DNA of 63,808 bases, the filler included, from Stramenopiles sp. TOSAG23-2 (Eukaryota), in NCBI GenBank assembly GCA_900128395.1. It is 7 parts of 7 records of this genome, joined end to end, with 100 filler letters (N's around TTAATTAATTAA, not from the genome) between each part and the next. Parts side by side here need not be neighbours in the genome. Positions count along the whole stretch, not along the records: positions 9,906 to 19,709 come from LT650072.1; positions 19,810 to 29,608 come from LT650074.1; 5 more parts are not named here. One strand, written 5' to 3'. Below are positions 10,262-20,155 of the stretch, one piece after another. Made by a program: the position numbers and the translations under genes. Position 1 is the first letter of the stretch. Each line of letters starts with the position of its first letter. The notes beneath the pieces were generated by a model. It saw nothing but the letters and a program-made list of their open reading frames with translations, did not search any database and was not told where the DNA came from.

Positions 10262-10987
10262 ATGAAAATCTTCAATGTGATTGTGATATTAATCATTGCG
10301 CAGTATGTGTTGATGGTATCTGCTGTTAAGGGGGGGATGAAAACTCAGTTGGAAACAATAAAAAGAAGAAGAAAGCTTTTGTCGAGAAGAATGGATATTC
10401 AACGCAATGGTTTTGGAGGGAAGAAAAAAAAGAAGAGAAGAAGGAGAGAAGCAGCAAAGAGAAGCGAAGAAGCAGCAAAAAGAAAGAAACGAGAGAAACG
10501 AAACACTTGTAAAAATGGTTATGGTATTCCAAATGGAAAGATATTTACATCTGGTCCTGCATCACAATGTAGTGGTCTATCTAAAATAACAACAGAAGCA
10601 GACTGTAAATTAGCAGCTAAATACAATAGTAAGAATAATATTGATAAAAATGGAGGATATGGAGGCCGAATGAGTAGGTCGAGTAGACCACCTGGATGTT
10701 TTTATCACGAGTATCACAGGACATATTATTGGAATTACTACACAAAATCAACAACAAAATGTAGCGATAGATATAAATGTATATGCAAAACAAAAACATG
10801 TATCAAATGCCCAATCAATACATATAGTAAAGGTGTAGTGAGTAAATCACCCGCCTTTACTAATGACCAATGTTATCTCGATTATTGTAATGCACATACA
10901 GATTTACAAAAGGCATTTTGTGGTGGTAGAAAGATTATGATGAATCTCTACGATGGGATCAACCAGTTACACCAAAGCTCGACCTAG
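10262..10987 (+). CDS. Secreted Cys-rich protein with basic N-terminal region; C-terminus probably truncated or chimeric
   Basis: Signal peptide; KRRRKLL putative processing site; Cys module ITTEADCKLAA...PPGCFY...CSDRYKCIC; CIKCPINTYS; a new module YCNAHTDLQKAFCGG stops abruptly. Confidence 0.7.
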   Translation: MKIFNVIVILIIAQYVLMVSAVKGGMKTQLETIKRRRKLLSRRMDIQRNGFGGKKKKKRRRREAAKRSEEAAKRKKREKRNTCKNGYGIPNGKIFTSGPASQCSGLSKITTEADCKLAAKYNSKNNIDKNGGYGGRMSRSSRPPGCFYHEYHRTYYWNYYTKSTTKCSDRYKCICKTKTCIKCPINTYSKGVVSKSPAFTNDQCYLDYCNAHTDLQKAFCGGRKIMMNLYDGINQLHQSST

Positions 10988-11336
10988 GCGAAAAGAGGAT
11001 ATACCAAGTTACAACATGAAATTAAAAGAGACAGGTTTGATTATAGATAAATATGCAAATCAAAGTATTCAACATGAACGTAAAGTTTTACCACATACAA
11101 ATTGGATGGTTCAATAATAGGGTGTGAGAGAGGATATATTGTGTGTGGATATAGTTGCACAATAAGAAATGGATAATCATAAAAAAGTATTCCCTGATAA
11201 TTTATATTTTTACGAGATTCGTACCGTAGTTTTTTTAAATTTTGTTATACACACACTCTCTACCGGAGATGTCCTTAGATGTATTACGGTTGTATCATAC
11301 ACCATAAATCTACGAACTTTATATTTACACACATTT

Positions 11337-13694
11337 TTATTTCTCTCCATAAACAACAACACGACAGCAAAGATCGTTCATGTTATACTTTGCAAGATGT
11401 GAAAATTCTTTTGAATTTTTACCATGAATTTTATACACTTCAGATGATTTATTTTCATTATTATTATTATTGTTATCATTATCAGCAATATCGTCATCCC
11501 CCTTGCTCTCGTCGTCATCAGCACCACCTTGTTTTTCTTCCTCATTCAAATCATCATCTTCATATTCTAAATTATATTCCATTAAAGAATTTTCAATATC
11601 AACTACAACATTTTTAAATCCAACTTCTTCAGCCATTTTTCCAATGTCACTTAATTTGCCAAAAGTTTTCATACACAAAGGCCAATGATTTGTACTATTA
11701 TTTTTCATTAACGGATTTTCATTATTATCTTTGATTACAGTGCAACATATTGCCATTACACCTCCATCTTTTTTCAAAAAATCATATGCTGATTGAAAAC
11801 CTTTCTTTTTATTTGGCAATAAACAAAATGCACCGTTTGATATAACATGTGAAAATGTTCCTTTGTATTCCTTTAAAACTTCATTTTCACTTAATGTTTC
11901 AATATCAGCATTTAAAAACTTAACTTTTTTTCCAAATGAAGTAGCATTACGTTGAAGTCTCTTTTCACACCATTCAATCTGCTTTTTACTTAAATCTACT
12001 CCTGTCACTTGATTGCAATTGTAGTAATTAACAGCCAAAAAAGAATCAAAACCAAGTCCACATCCCATGTCTAAGACTTTTGATTCAGAATTTAGCATTA
12101 TAGATGATTTACCTTCTTTTTTTTGATGACCATGAGATTTTCGTTGTAAGAATTCGAATGGACAACCAACTCCTTGAAAATTGACAAGATCTAACTCTGA
12201 TGTACTTTTCAATAGCTCTTCATTATATCCTAAATATTTAGTCAAAGCTATTGCTAAACTTAAATTTCTTTTACCTGGAAGTTTTTGCTCCTCTCCGTTA
12301 TTTACAGTTTGATTATTGTTGTTTTCATTGTTATACATGTTTAGCATACTTGCTCCAACATTTTCATATGCTGCCTTTGTTTCCAATTTTAAATTACTTT
12401 GGTTCATATTAACATAACCAAACTCATCTGGATCATTTTCTAATACCACATCATCATCCTCATCATAAAGAAATACCGCATTAGCATATGGTTGTAAAAT
12501 ACAATTATTGTTCATGTTACTTTCTTCTCCTTGATCAAATTTCATCATTGGATTCAACGCTTCAACAGCTTTCTTATTGAAAATGCTATTATTTACTTTG
12601 TCTTCATCTTCAATTTCAGCTTCATATGCCATTGTATTTAAAAGTAAATACGGTTCAGGATATATAATCTTGGACCTGGCAATCTTTTGCAATTCATTTG
12701 CAGCTTTTTTATAAAATTCTACTGCACCTGTGAAATGACCGCAATGACCTTTACCTAATACCACGAGAATTTTATCATTTGATCCAAATTGATTATTCTG
12801 ATTTGCAACTAATTGTGCTATAAAATTTCCCATACAAGCATCTTTAATCAATTGTGCTTGAAAGATACCTGAAATCCCAACATCGTTTTCAAAGGTCTGT
12901 TGCATATGTAATAACAATTGTTCTTTTGATTCATCAGATTTTGAATCCTCTTTAATAGTATCCAATAACTCGTAATCCAACTCTAAACCCATCATTGATT
13001 TGAAAAACACTTGATGAGCCATCGATGAGTCAAGCAATGGAAGGTTATTATCCTGACGATCGTTACTTCTTGTGTTTTGTTTGAAGAAGGAATTATCAAA
13101 GTCTTGAACTGGTATCCAACCTTTTTGCATGATATCTTTAAAAATATTTGTAATCTCAGTTCCATTTTGTTCTTTATGGGCATGATATAATTTACTTGCT
13201 ATAGGGCGTGGAACAAATCCACCATGAACTTTGACTTTGTTTTTTATACTTAACGCATGTACATCTTCAAAAAATCGTTTGTAGGGATCTAAATTATGAT
13301 TCTCTGTTCCTATCTTTCGATATTCTGCTTTGAATGTATCAAAATTAAATTCTTGACTTGTTGTGGAATCATTAAAATAAAAATTTAATAATTGACTCAT
13401 TTCCAAACTAAAATGTTCAAAAACAATATGCATTTTTCCATCTCCTTCCAAACTTGCAGTATTTGCAGCTAATACACTTCTAAGAAATGATACTATATGA
13501 TCTTCCGAATGTATTTCTCCAAAGAACAATAACCTTTCTTTACTTGCAATATTTTTTAAGAACTTTGGTATAGAGGCAAATGGCTTTGTCGTATCTTGTA
13601 ATATATTACTATTATTATTATTATTTATAGCATTTCTTACTAAAAGTCTATGTGCAAATCTCATGGAATTTTTTGATGATGCAATGGATGCCAT
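11337..13694 (-). CDS. Fusion: ChaN/Tiki-superfamily (haem-uptake-like) domain plus ArsM-like class I SAM methyltransferase
   Basis: N-half: LFFGEIH, HIVFEHF, AQLIKDACMG, LVVLGKGH. C-half: FQGVGCPF, VLDMGCGLG, VTGVDLS, VISNGAFCL, WPLCM. Confidence 0.8.
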   Translation of the reverse strand: MASIASSKNSMRFAHRLLVRNAINNNNNSNILQDTTKPFASIPKFLKNIASKERLLFFGEIHSEDHIVSFLRSVLAANTASLEGDGKMHIVFEHFSLEMSQLLNFYFNDSTTSQEFNFDTFKAEYRKIGTENHNLDPYKRFFEDVHALSIKNKVKVHGGFVPRPIASKLYHAHKEQNGTEITNIFKDIMQKGWIPVQDFDNSFFKQNTRSNDRQDNNLPLLDSSMAHQVFFKSMMGLELDYELLDTIKEDSKSDESKEQLLLHMQQTFENDVGISGIFQAQLIKDACMGNFIAQLVANQNNQFGSNDKILVVLGKGHCGHFTGAVEFYKKAANELQKIARSKIIYPEPYLLLNTMAYEAEIEDEDKVNNSIFNKKAVEALNPMMKFDQGEESNMNNNCILQPYANAVFLYDEDDDVVLENDPDEFGYVNMNQSNLKLETKAAYENVGASMLNMYNNENNNNQTVNNGEEQKLPGKRNLSLAIALTKYLGYNEELLKSTSELDLVNFQGVGCPFEFLQRKSHGHQKKEGKSSIMLNSESKVLDMGCGLGFDSFLAVNYYNCNQVTGVDLSKKQIEWCEKRLQRNATSFGKKVKFLNADIETLSENEVLKEYKGTFSHVISNGAFCLLPNKKKGFQSAYDFLKKDGGVMAICCTVIKDNNENPLMKNNSTNHWPLCMKTFGKLSDIGKMAEEVGFKNVVVDIENSLMEYNLEYEDDDLNEEEKQGGADDDESKGDDDIADNDNNNNNNENKSSEVYKIHGKNSKEFSHLAKYNMNDLCCRVVVYGEK

Positions 13695-13979
13695 TGTTGT
13701 TTAAAAAAGTAGAAACTAGATTATTATAAAGGGTTGATACTTCTTTCAAATGTTATACAAACTGAAATACAACATATACAGTTTAAATATTTTGCGTATT
13801 CTACTATTCACTCGTGTTTCGAATGGGTTAAAGAATCGAATTCGATATTGCATTTGATTAACAACATCCATAGGCCAAGTAAAATTTCCGATAAACAAAT
13901 AACATAGGCATAGCATATAGCTCTATAAAATAACCTGTAATACTATTACCATGCTATTTTACAAAAATTCTGGTGGAAG

Positions 13980-14816
13980 GTGGTGGTCAAACAAATCGGA
14001 AGTAAATGTTACATCATTTTCATTAAAAAAATAGTTGTAGATGAAGAAAATAGAAAAAGAAATGTTGATGTTAATATTAGTAATGACAAATCGAGAAGAG
14101 AACCATCCCCTGTAATAGATGTTTATAAAGAAAGATTACAACGTGCACGTTTAGAATATTCAAGATTAAAAAAAGAATCGATAAAAAATGAATATATGAT
14201 GATTGATGAGAACAATAACATGGTTGATGAACTAGATAATAAGAACGGTGAAATTGTTCAAAACAAGAACAATAGCAATACCAATAGTAAACCAAAGATT
14301 GTTAGTTATCGTGATTCTGTTACAATGGCTAGAGAGGTAGCGTTACCTAATAATCATAATAATAAAAATACAACTGATGATGCCCCAAAAAAACTTCATA
14401 GTCATAACAACAACAATATAAATAATAACAATAATAAAAAGAATAAATATGATATAGTACAAAGGACAAAATCATCATTAATTAGAGAACGAGAGCGATT
14501 ATTAGCAGAATTGACAAATATGGAGAAGAAACAGACAACATTAAGTAGTAATAATCCGAATGATGATGAAGATGAAAAATCATTAATAGAAGAAGAGGAC
14601 GATATTATTAATACTAATACTGAAGATAAGGATATTGATATTGATGATGCATCACAACAAAGTTTAATTAATAAAAAAGGTGGACAAAAAATACAACTTC
14701 GAAATTTTACGACAACACCAATTGCAACAGATGTTAAAAAAGTTTATATCGTTGGAAAAGGAAGATCAAGACGAGCAACATTTGGTGCTATTGCAGAAGA
14801 AGCTGGGATGTTATAG
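13980..14816 (+). CDS. Hypothetical low-complexity coiled-coil protein; true start uncertain
   Basis: Asn/Asp-rich ORF in host style. First in-frame ATG is only at 14196; an out-of-frame ATG at 13951 could join via the A7 run at 14025-14031. Confidence 0.55.
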   Translation: MVVKQIGSKCYIIFIKKIVVDEENRKRNVDVNISNDKSRREPSPVIDVYKERLQRARLEYSRLKKESIKNEYMMIDENNNMVDELDNKNGEIVQNKNNSNTNSKPKIVSYRDSVTMAREVALPNNHNNKNTTDDAPKKLHSHNNNNINNNNNKKNKYDIVQRTKSSLIRERERLLAELTNMEKKQTTLSSNNPNDDEDEKSLIEEEDDIINTNTEDKDIDIDDASQQSLINKKGGQKIQLRNFTTTPIATDVKKVYIVGKGRSRRATFGAIAEEAGML

Positions 14817-15182
14817 TAAAAATATAATAGTGGTGTGTCAATAATTAGAAAAACGGAGAGAGTGAAAAGAGAGAAGAGTAGAGAGTTTCATATTTGCCCT
14901 CAGACACACACACAACGCCATTTTTTTTTATTTATTATAAAATATTCATTTAATAAAAATTCAAAAAATAATTAAAAAATATATATATTTTTTTTTAATT
15001 TATTTAAAAAAATCATTATTTAAATACGACACACATACATACAGAACATTTATACATCATATATTTCTCGGATTTGTTGTTTATCCAATTCAAGGCAGTA
15101 CTACGAACTTCGTACGGTATAAAATTGATTCCGCAGCTATAATATCATACATCCTACTCTCGCTTTATCAACAAATATACTC

Positions 15183-16163
15183 TTACAATTTACTAGATGG
15201 TGTCAAGTTACCACCGGAATTTTTAATATCTCTATTAAGACGACCAACTTCACCACGTTTAATATGACCAACTGTACCTTCATTGCTGTTTTCACTACCA
15301 GCACCTGCAAGTAAACGTGGCGGTTCAAAATTAGGATCGTAACGATATGAAACAAAATCTTCATCAGTGAAACCATGTCTGTTTCGTAAATATTCATCAT
15401 CCAATAACATATTTCCAGTGTAATCAGGATCTTCACATACAAGACCTGCAGTTGCATCTGCAATAATAGTAGCTTTTCTCCAATTTTTTTTATCACCTAA
15501 TTCAAAATTAATAGATGCTAAACTTTCAATAACAGTAGCTGGCCACATGGTATTTGCAATGATATTTTTGCCTTTGTATTCAGCTGCAACGCCCATAGCA
15601 ACCATGGACATTCCCATTTTTGAAATATTATATGCCGTGACACCTGAATATTTATTATAATTTGGAGAAATAGCTGGACTCATATTAATAACACGGCCAA
15701 AGTTACCTTTTTCCATGTACGGTAAACATGCACTAGTCATGCAAAACGTTCCTCTTACATTGATAGATGTGATTAAATCATATTTACGAATTGGTGTATC
15801 TTTGATATCTTGCCACCATAATGCAGATGCATTGTTGATCAAAATATCTAAACTACCAAATTTTTCATATGCAGCTTTTGCACAAGCTACACAAGCTTCA
15901 TCATCTCTGATATCAAGTTGATATGGTAATGCACCAGCACCTGAGTTTAATGCACGTACTTCCTCCGCAACGGTATAGATGGTACCTGGCAATGTTGGGT
16001 GTGGTTCCACAGTTTTAGCTGCAACGACGATGTTACATCCTAAACGACCAAGTACCAATGCACATTCACGCCCAATACCACGACTGGAACCAGTAATAAT
16101 TGCTGTCTTACCTTTCAGACTATACAGTCTTGACATTTTTGCTGCTTGACTACCATTTAACAT
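15183..16163 (-). CDS. HSDL2: HSDL2-like short-chain dehydrogenase, no SCP2 domain, peroxisomal PTS1
   Basis: TGSSRGIG, AAKTVEPHPTLPGTIY, NNASA, YNISK catalytic motif, ANTMWPAT; ends in SKL. Confidence 0.9.
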   Translation of the reverse strand: MLNGSQAAKMSRLYSLKGKTAIITGSSRGIGRECALVLGRLGCNIVVAAKTVEPHPTLPGTIYTVAEEVRALNSGAGALPYQLDIRDDEACVACAKAAYEKFGSLDILINNASALWWQDIKDTPIRKYDLITSINVRGTFCMTSACLPYMEKGNFGRVINMSPAISPNYNKYSGVTAYNISKMGMSMVAMGVAAEYKGKNIIANTMWPATVIESLASINFELGDKKNWRKATIIADATAGLVCEDPDYTGNMLLDDEYLRNRHGFTDEDFVSYRYDPNFEPPRLLAGAGSENSNEGTVGHIKRGEVGRLNRDIKNSGGNLTPSSKL

Positions 16164-16936
16164 GTTTAAATAAATATTATTATTTTTTTTTTAGTTTTTT
16201 GTTGTTTGACAATTTAAATTAGACGTACTAATGCAATATCTTATAATTATTATATGAATATCTACTGTTTTAATTATATATTATTCTTGTTTTTTTCTTA
16301 TAAAATTTTTTTCACCCGACTATATTATATATGTATGTGTTGGAGAAACGAATGGCCTCTGTGTTCGAAGGAATGTATCATCATAAAAAAAAAAAGAAGG
16401 TGAAGTTGCTGAAGAAAAAGTTGCAGGCAAAAATGGAACACTGGAACACAACGACGACGGAAAGGAAAAGGTAAAAAAGGTAATCAGCTATTCTAATTTC
16501 CACTTTAAGTATAGAAATTGGCAATGCCTAGAGAATTGATTTAGATTTTCCGTAATTCATAATAAGATGCCGATTTTGTGGTGATGTGTTCGTATTGATA
16601 TGCTAATTGACATTAATTAAGGATATTAATTGTATTACTGGATATTTCATAATACAGTATTATTTCTACGTATTCTACTACTAAAAGATACAATTATAAA
16701 TCCCTTAATTATATATAAACTGCTTTGTTGCCACCACTAGCCTTGACCACACATCTTCACCACTTTGTTGTTGTAAAACTTTATTGTTCGATTAAAATAT
16801 ATATAAAAGAATACTCTGTGAATATAGTCAATGTCACTAGACGACATGATATGAACTATCGTTTAATACATTTTAATACATACATATATATATATATATA
16901 TCAATATAGAACTATATAGTATATATAGAAATAAAC

Positions 16937-17920
16937 ATGGATATGCCACCAATGCCATCGTTAAATCCAATGCCTTTAAAAGAAAAAAAATTTAAGAAAG
17001 CGAAGAAAAATCCAGGAACTTTCAACGAACTTGGTATGCGTACAACTAGTGTAGTTAATATAGATTTTTGGGATGGATTTCAATTTCAAGGCGCCGTGCC
17101 AATTATACCTGGAAAAATCATGCAACAAATGGCGTCAGGAACATATAATGGTCCACAACCACAACCAAAATTAGCAATTACACATACTTTTCTTTTAGGT
17201 ACTAGTATGTTACCAAGTGGACGTTCATATCAGTTTGGTGCTAATTATATGGCAAGCCAACGTGAAGTTTTAGTCGGTAGAGTTGATCCAGGCACTGGTG
17301 ATTTAACAATGAATGTGAATCAATTTTTGAAAGACGATTTACGTATGTCCATACAAGGTCGTTTGGTCAGTGATAGTAGTGAGCAGGAATCCATGCTAGA
17401 TGGTAATTTGGCATATTTAGGTCCAGGTTATACGTTTGAATCGAAGATAGGTTATAGTGGAAAAGGTAGTGGTCCAACTTTTGGATTTTCATTTCTGCGA
17501 TTATTTGGTGACAATATTAAATTAGGTTGTAATACTAGATATGTATCTAAAACTGGTTTATCTACCATATCATGTGGCGCTTCTATTGCTGGAGCACAAG
17601 ATATTGCTAGTGTAAAGTTTACATCGCCACAAAATAAACCAGGTAAAATGGTCGCTGGTTATTATAGGTCTGTTGATAATAAAGTTTCTTTGGCAACTGA
17701 ATTGGAAATATCAGCAGAACGTAAATCAAATCTAAAATTTGGATGGCAATTTAATATGCATACTGCAAAAGTTAGTGGTAGCATAGATAGTAATTTAGTC
17801 ACGATGGCAACCATTGAGGATAGAAGTGAAACATTTGGTTTCACATTTTTATTTACTTCCATGTTAAATCATGCAGCTGGTAAATATAAGTTTGGTGTAG
17901 GAATGAATATAGGCCAATAA
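16937..17920 (+). CDS. TOM40: Mitochondrial outer-membrane import channel Tom40
   Basis: NPGTFNEL...FWDGFQF N-terminus, YQFGANY, alternating beta-strand pattern, C-terminal NH..GKYKFGVGMNIG beta-signal. Confidence 0.9.
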   Translation: MDMPPMPSLNPMPLKEKKFKKAKKNPGTFNELGMRTTSVVNIDFWDGFQFQGAVPIIPGKIMQQMASGTYNGPQPQPKLAITHTFLLGTSMLPSGRSYQFGANYMASQREVLVGRVDPGTGDLTMNVNQFLKDDLRMSIQGRLVSDSSEQESMLDGNLAYLGPGYTFESKIGYSGKGSGPTFGFSFLRLFGDNIKLGCNTRYVSKTGLSTISCGASIAGAQDIASVKFTSPQNKPGKMVAGYYRSVDNKVSLATELEISAERKSNLKFGWQFNMHTAKVSGSIDSNLVTMATIEDRSETFGFTFLFTSMLNHAAGKYKFGVGMNIGQ

Positions 17921-18213
17921 TAATTAATGATAAAATACTGTTCTAGATTTAAAATCACAAGATGGGAATACATTTTACCGAACATATTTTTTTTGTATAT
18001 GTGCATAATTTTTTGTTATTTTATTTAAATATAAAAATATATACATGCGCATAAATTCTGCAAAATATTGGAAATAATACTCGTACGATTCGTAGAAAAG
18101 AGAGATTTTTGCTTTTTTGTAAAAAAATATACACCATGTTTTCTGGGTATTTTAACATATATTTGATATACATTTATATAAAATACTATGTAAAACACCT
18201 TTTTTCTTTTTTT

Positions 18214-19709
18214 TTAACTTTTTCCACCTTTTCGTTCTGGCATTCCATCTGGACGTTTTCCATAGGAAACTTCATCTTTACCAAATTTAGCAGCTAATAA
18301 AGCTGCAAAATCTTGTGCATCATCAACAATTTCCACAACATCATCATATGAGGTGGAGGACGGCGATAAAGCTTCATCTTCATCATCATGAACACGTGTA
18401 GCAGCAGCTGCAATTTGATCCTTCCTTGTTATGAAACGAGCAAAAGTTTCATCTTTATCCACTGCACCAGATACTTTACGTATTTTCTCTGAACGTAAAT
18501 TAATAGAACATCCAGGAAGCTCATCCCATTTTCCTAATAAATTAAAAGATACAGAAATTCGATAATTTGCTGCTTTTTCAAATGAGGAAGATTCTTTGCA
18601 TGGATCTACTGCATGTGGTAACCAAGAGGGAAAGACGATTAAATCGCCAACAGCTGGTCGCATCGAATGTTCTTGATGAAACGGAGGCATTGCTTCTTCT
18701 TGATGAAGTGGTTGGAATGGGCTAACACCACGTGGATCACAAAATTTAATCGAGCCGGATCCAGGTGGAAGATTTGCATAATATACACCACTTAAAACGC
18801 CATAATAGTGAATATGGTAAGGATGACCACTCCCTGATCCATGCACTGATGCCCATACGACTAATTGTTTTCCATATACAAATGATTTTGCTTGATTTGT
18901 ATCGACACCAAAAGAATCTTGTAAAAACCAAATGCAGCTGTCTCGAAATTTTTTTACTAATTCTTTCATTTCCTTTGACGATGAATATTCTTTTGACCAT
19001 AGCAATGTGTCGTCATCTTCAGAAAAAATAGGATCATCATCCTTATTTTCAGCTATTTCCAACTGTTCTGCACATATTGTATCAATTTGGTATTGGAAAA
19101 ATTCATTATTTTTTGCCATACGCGCGTCATATCCTGCTGCACTATACTGATTCACAATTCCACTATTTTCCATATTTTGAAATTTCTTACTTTGAAAAAG
19201 GTTCAATATCTTTTCTTTCACTTTCATATTTATCCGCTCATCTAATATACCACTGCTACCCATGCCACGACCTTTACCACGATGAGATTTCGTAGAAGTT
19301 AAAAGGTTTGCATGCCACAATGGAGACGGAAATAGAATTGAAAAACGTGCATTATTAGGCGATGATGACATATTTCGTTTCTGAATTGTTGTAAATGTTG
19401 TTGAAAATCGTCTTTTACCATTATCATTTATAGACCGTGGTGATGACGATACATGATTATTTGTTCCATTAGTCACAGTCGTAATGGAATCTTCCTCATC
19501 ACTACTATTAATAATAAAATTACTATCATCATCATCATCATTATTTCCCCATACTATACTTGAATCTTCCCCTTGTTGTGTCAAAATTCGTATATGCTCC
19601 TCTAATGTCGTCTTTGGTTTTGTATCAAGCTTTGCTAATATAGCTTCATCTTCAACTTGAATGACAGAAGAAATTTCTGGAAAATAATGTTTAAGCATTG
19701 TTTCTACAC
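18214..19709 (-). CDS. 5'-truncated fusion: NFU1/NifU C-terminal end, linker, then putative 2OG-Fe(II) oxygenase (TIGR02466/PF13759-like)
   Basis: Frame is open from the contig edge: (G)VETMLKHYFPEISSVIQVEDE matches the NFU1 C-terminus. Downstream: WASV...HPYHIH...LSGVYY...IKFCDPR...GDLIVFPSWLPHAVDP...RISVSFN. Confidence 0.8.
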
Positions 19710-19809
19710 NNNNNNNNNNNNNNNNNNNNNNNNNNNNNNNNNNNNNNNNNNNNTTAATTAATTAANNNNNNNNNNNNNNNNNNNNNNNNNNNNNNNNNNN
19801 NNNNNNNNN
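19710..19809. other. Artificial contig linker
   Basis: N44-TTAATTAATTAA-N44. Confidence 0.98.
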
Positions 19810-20155
19810 CAGACTATTATAGATAGTAGTATATACGATGTACACTATTTATACAGGAATTATTAACTTGTAATTTTCCTTAAAATGATCGCGATATTGT
19901 GTCGCGGTGGATGGCATCCACAATAAAAAATGTGCAAATCATCATGTTTTTTTGTTATACTACAAATATATACTGCAGTAGATATAATTGGCATTGACTA
20001 TAATTCAGATATGGCCATATACATAGTCTCGAAAACAACAAAACACAAAAACAAATAACATAAAAAAGAATAACTATAATATATATTAATATATATTGTT
20101 AGAATCAATAAACGAATTTTTTCCTTGGAAAAACAAATTAACAACACAACCAACC

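Noticed and set aside
16373-16474. Short purine-rich ORF between HSDL2 and TOM40
   Set aside because: About 33 codons built on an A-run with no motif; cannot be supported as a gene.
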